Assembly (NCBI RefSeq): GCF_018350175.1
Contig: NC_058368.1
Coordinates: 100,628,001 to 100,692,000, forward strand
Length of the DNA stretch: 64,000 nt
DNA from: Felis catus
Lineage: Eukaryota
Direction of reading: 5' to 3'
The notes beneath the pieces are model-generated. The model had not been told where the DNA came from. It did not search any database and saw nothing but the letters and a program-made list of their open reading frames with translations. Positions 62,425 to 64,000 of the stretch are shown here, piece after piece (positions within the stretch are counted from its first letter, which is position 1; each line of letters begins with the position of its first letter). Position numbers and translations under genes: made by a program.

Positions 62425-62838
62425 AGAACCATGCTTCTCAAAGCGTGATGCCTCTACCAGCCACAGCTGCATAACATGGAAACATAAAAATGTAAATTCT
62501 TTGCCTGTTCCCTACCTGATGAACTGTGGGAGAACGGGGTCATAATCTGTGTTTTTATATGCTCTTCATGTGAGGGGGCACCTGGGTGGATCAGTGGGTT
62601 AAGCATCCAACTTCGACTCAGGTCATGATCTCAAGTTCATGGGCTCAAGTCCCGCTTCAGGCTCTGTGCTAACAGCTCAGAGTCTGGAACCTGCTTCAGA
62701 TTCTGTGTCTCCCTCTCTCACCGCCCTCCCCTACTCAAGCTCTGTCTCTCTCTCTCTCTTAAAAATAAATATTAAAAAAAGTTTAATATATGCTCTTCAT
62801 GTGATTCTTATGCACATTTAGGATTGAGGAACATTGCT
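62425..62838. mobile_element. MER5A split by a SINEC
   Basis: gcttctcaaagcgtg...aatctgtgttttta...gtgattcttatgcacatttaggattgagga. Confidence 0.75.
62575..62780 (+). mobile_element. SINEC
   Basis: TSD tatatgctcttcatgtga. Confidence 0.96.
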
Positions 62839-62880
62839 ATTGGGTATAAATGAGTGATAGTGGATTATCGTTGCTTCCAG

Positions 62881-63037
62881 ATTCATGTATATTCTCTTTA
62901 AAGAGGACTTCTAAGTCCTGTTCTAAAAGTACGATGATATGAAAACTGGGGAAAGGTGTCACATTGCATATCACAAAGCAGCCCACATCGTGGCTACTGG
63001 CTTTCACCGCTCTGAGAATAGATCTGATGACAAGGAG
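62881..63037 (+). other. Candidate non-coding exon
   Basis: Acceptor ttatcgttgcttccag|, donor GAG|gtgagt; stops in all three frames. Confidence 0.2.
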
Positions 63038-63890
63038 GTGAGTTTCAGACAAGGACTTCTGAATGCACACCCAAAAGCCATCAGAACATCTTGCTTGGCA
63101 TCCCTGACAGATAGATTAGAGTACTGTGGCATTCAGCCATAGCCCCAGTGTTCAAGAGAGAGAGAAAAAGAGCTCCTAAAACATCCTCCCTCGAGATGTT
63201 AATGGCCGGTCTCTAATCGCACGTCATTTATTGAATGTGAAGGCAGGTCTGATACGAACAAGGTAGGATGACCCGGCAATTCATTTTACTTCTCAGTATC
63301 ACAGACATGTTTCTGTGGACTCTGCGGGGTCAAAGAGCTTAAAACATTTATCTAGAATAAGACAAACATGTAATTTTCTTCTGGCTTTATTCTTTTATTT
63401 TTTTTTAATGATTAATTAAGAGACATTCCTCTACTTAAGAAATTTGACATAAGGCAGTATCAGCCCTCACGGTAATTCATAAAAGCTGAAGTCTACAAAA
63501 TTATGCTTGCTTTGGAAACCTTGGGCCAGAATTTCCAGCTGAGAAAGAATTTCTACCAATTCTTACGTACCCCCAAATCTTTTCTGTATGGTAACATCCT
63601 TCCAGGCATAAATTTTCCATCCGTACTCAGCCTTCTCTATAAAGCCTTTTAGAGTGATGTGTCCTCTGGCTTGCAGCATCTGAAAGTCAAGCAAACAAGC
63701 TTTCCAGGGCTCGCATTGAGTTAAGAAAACATTTTCTGCATGACATTTAGGGCCAAATTAGGGACCAAAATCCTCATTCTTTTACTCAAGACTAGGTTTA
63801 TGTCTCCACAGGCAATGTGAAATGGAGTGTGGAGAAGTGATCTCATGAAATAAATTAATTTAGACAGGATGCCTGGTTTGTTCATACCCC

Positions 63891-63895
<5 letters not shown>

Positions 63896-63926
<31 letters not shown>

Positions 63927-63932
63927 TGCACG
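63896..63932. repeat. (TG)n microsatellite with alternating purine-pyrimidine extension
   Basis: Direct. Confidence 0.95.
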
Positions 63933-64000
63933 CATTTAACAGCAGGTTAGGGAAACAATAACACTGAAGAGATGAAGGGAAAGTCTGTACCAGCAGTCAG

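Noticed and set aside
3330..62780. tRNA-like A/B boxes and dispersed near-identical repeats (tRNA genes or a CRISPR-like array)
   Set aside because: They are tRNA-derived SINE heads with CT tracts, A tails and TSDs, with no regular repeat-spacer periodicity.
62939..63142. LTDRLEYCGI, faintly like a LINE reverse-transcriptase segment
   Set aside because: Too short and degenerate to support without an HMM search.

Overview
Mammalian nuclear DNA, almost certainly felid (cat family), judged from the many tRNA-derived carnivore SINEs. These include young SINEC_Fc-type copies beginning GGGGYGCCTGGGTGGCGCAGTCGGTTAAGCGTCCGACTTCAGCCAGGTCACG. The window looks intergenic or intronic and is repeat-rich: about 55 SINEs (several nested or stacked, many with clear target-site duplications, TSDs), old and carnivore L1 fragments, L2, L3/CR1, MIR, MER5/MER58 hAT relics, ERV/MaLR solo LTRs and microsatellites. 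No known protein-coding gene was recognised; almost all ORFs in the track are SINE/LINE read-throughs or random. The main signal not explained by repeats is a plus-strand cluster of small exon-like segments at about 16.1-20.1 kb (39, 42, 117 and 117 nt, all phase 0-0, with consensus AG/GT splice sites). They splice into one frame broken by a single TGA, so this could be an unannotated lncRNA, a micro-ORF gene or a unitary pseudogene. Repeat family names are by-eye assignments and boundaries are approximate. There is no evidence for prokaryotic-type systems such as CRISPR arrays or operons.
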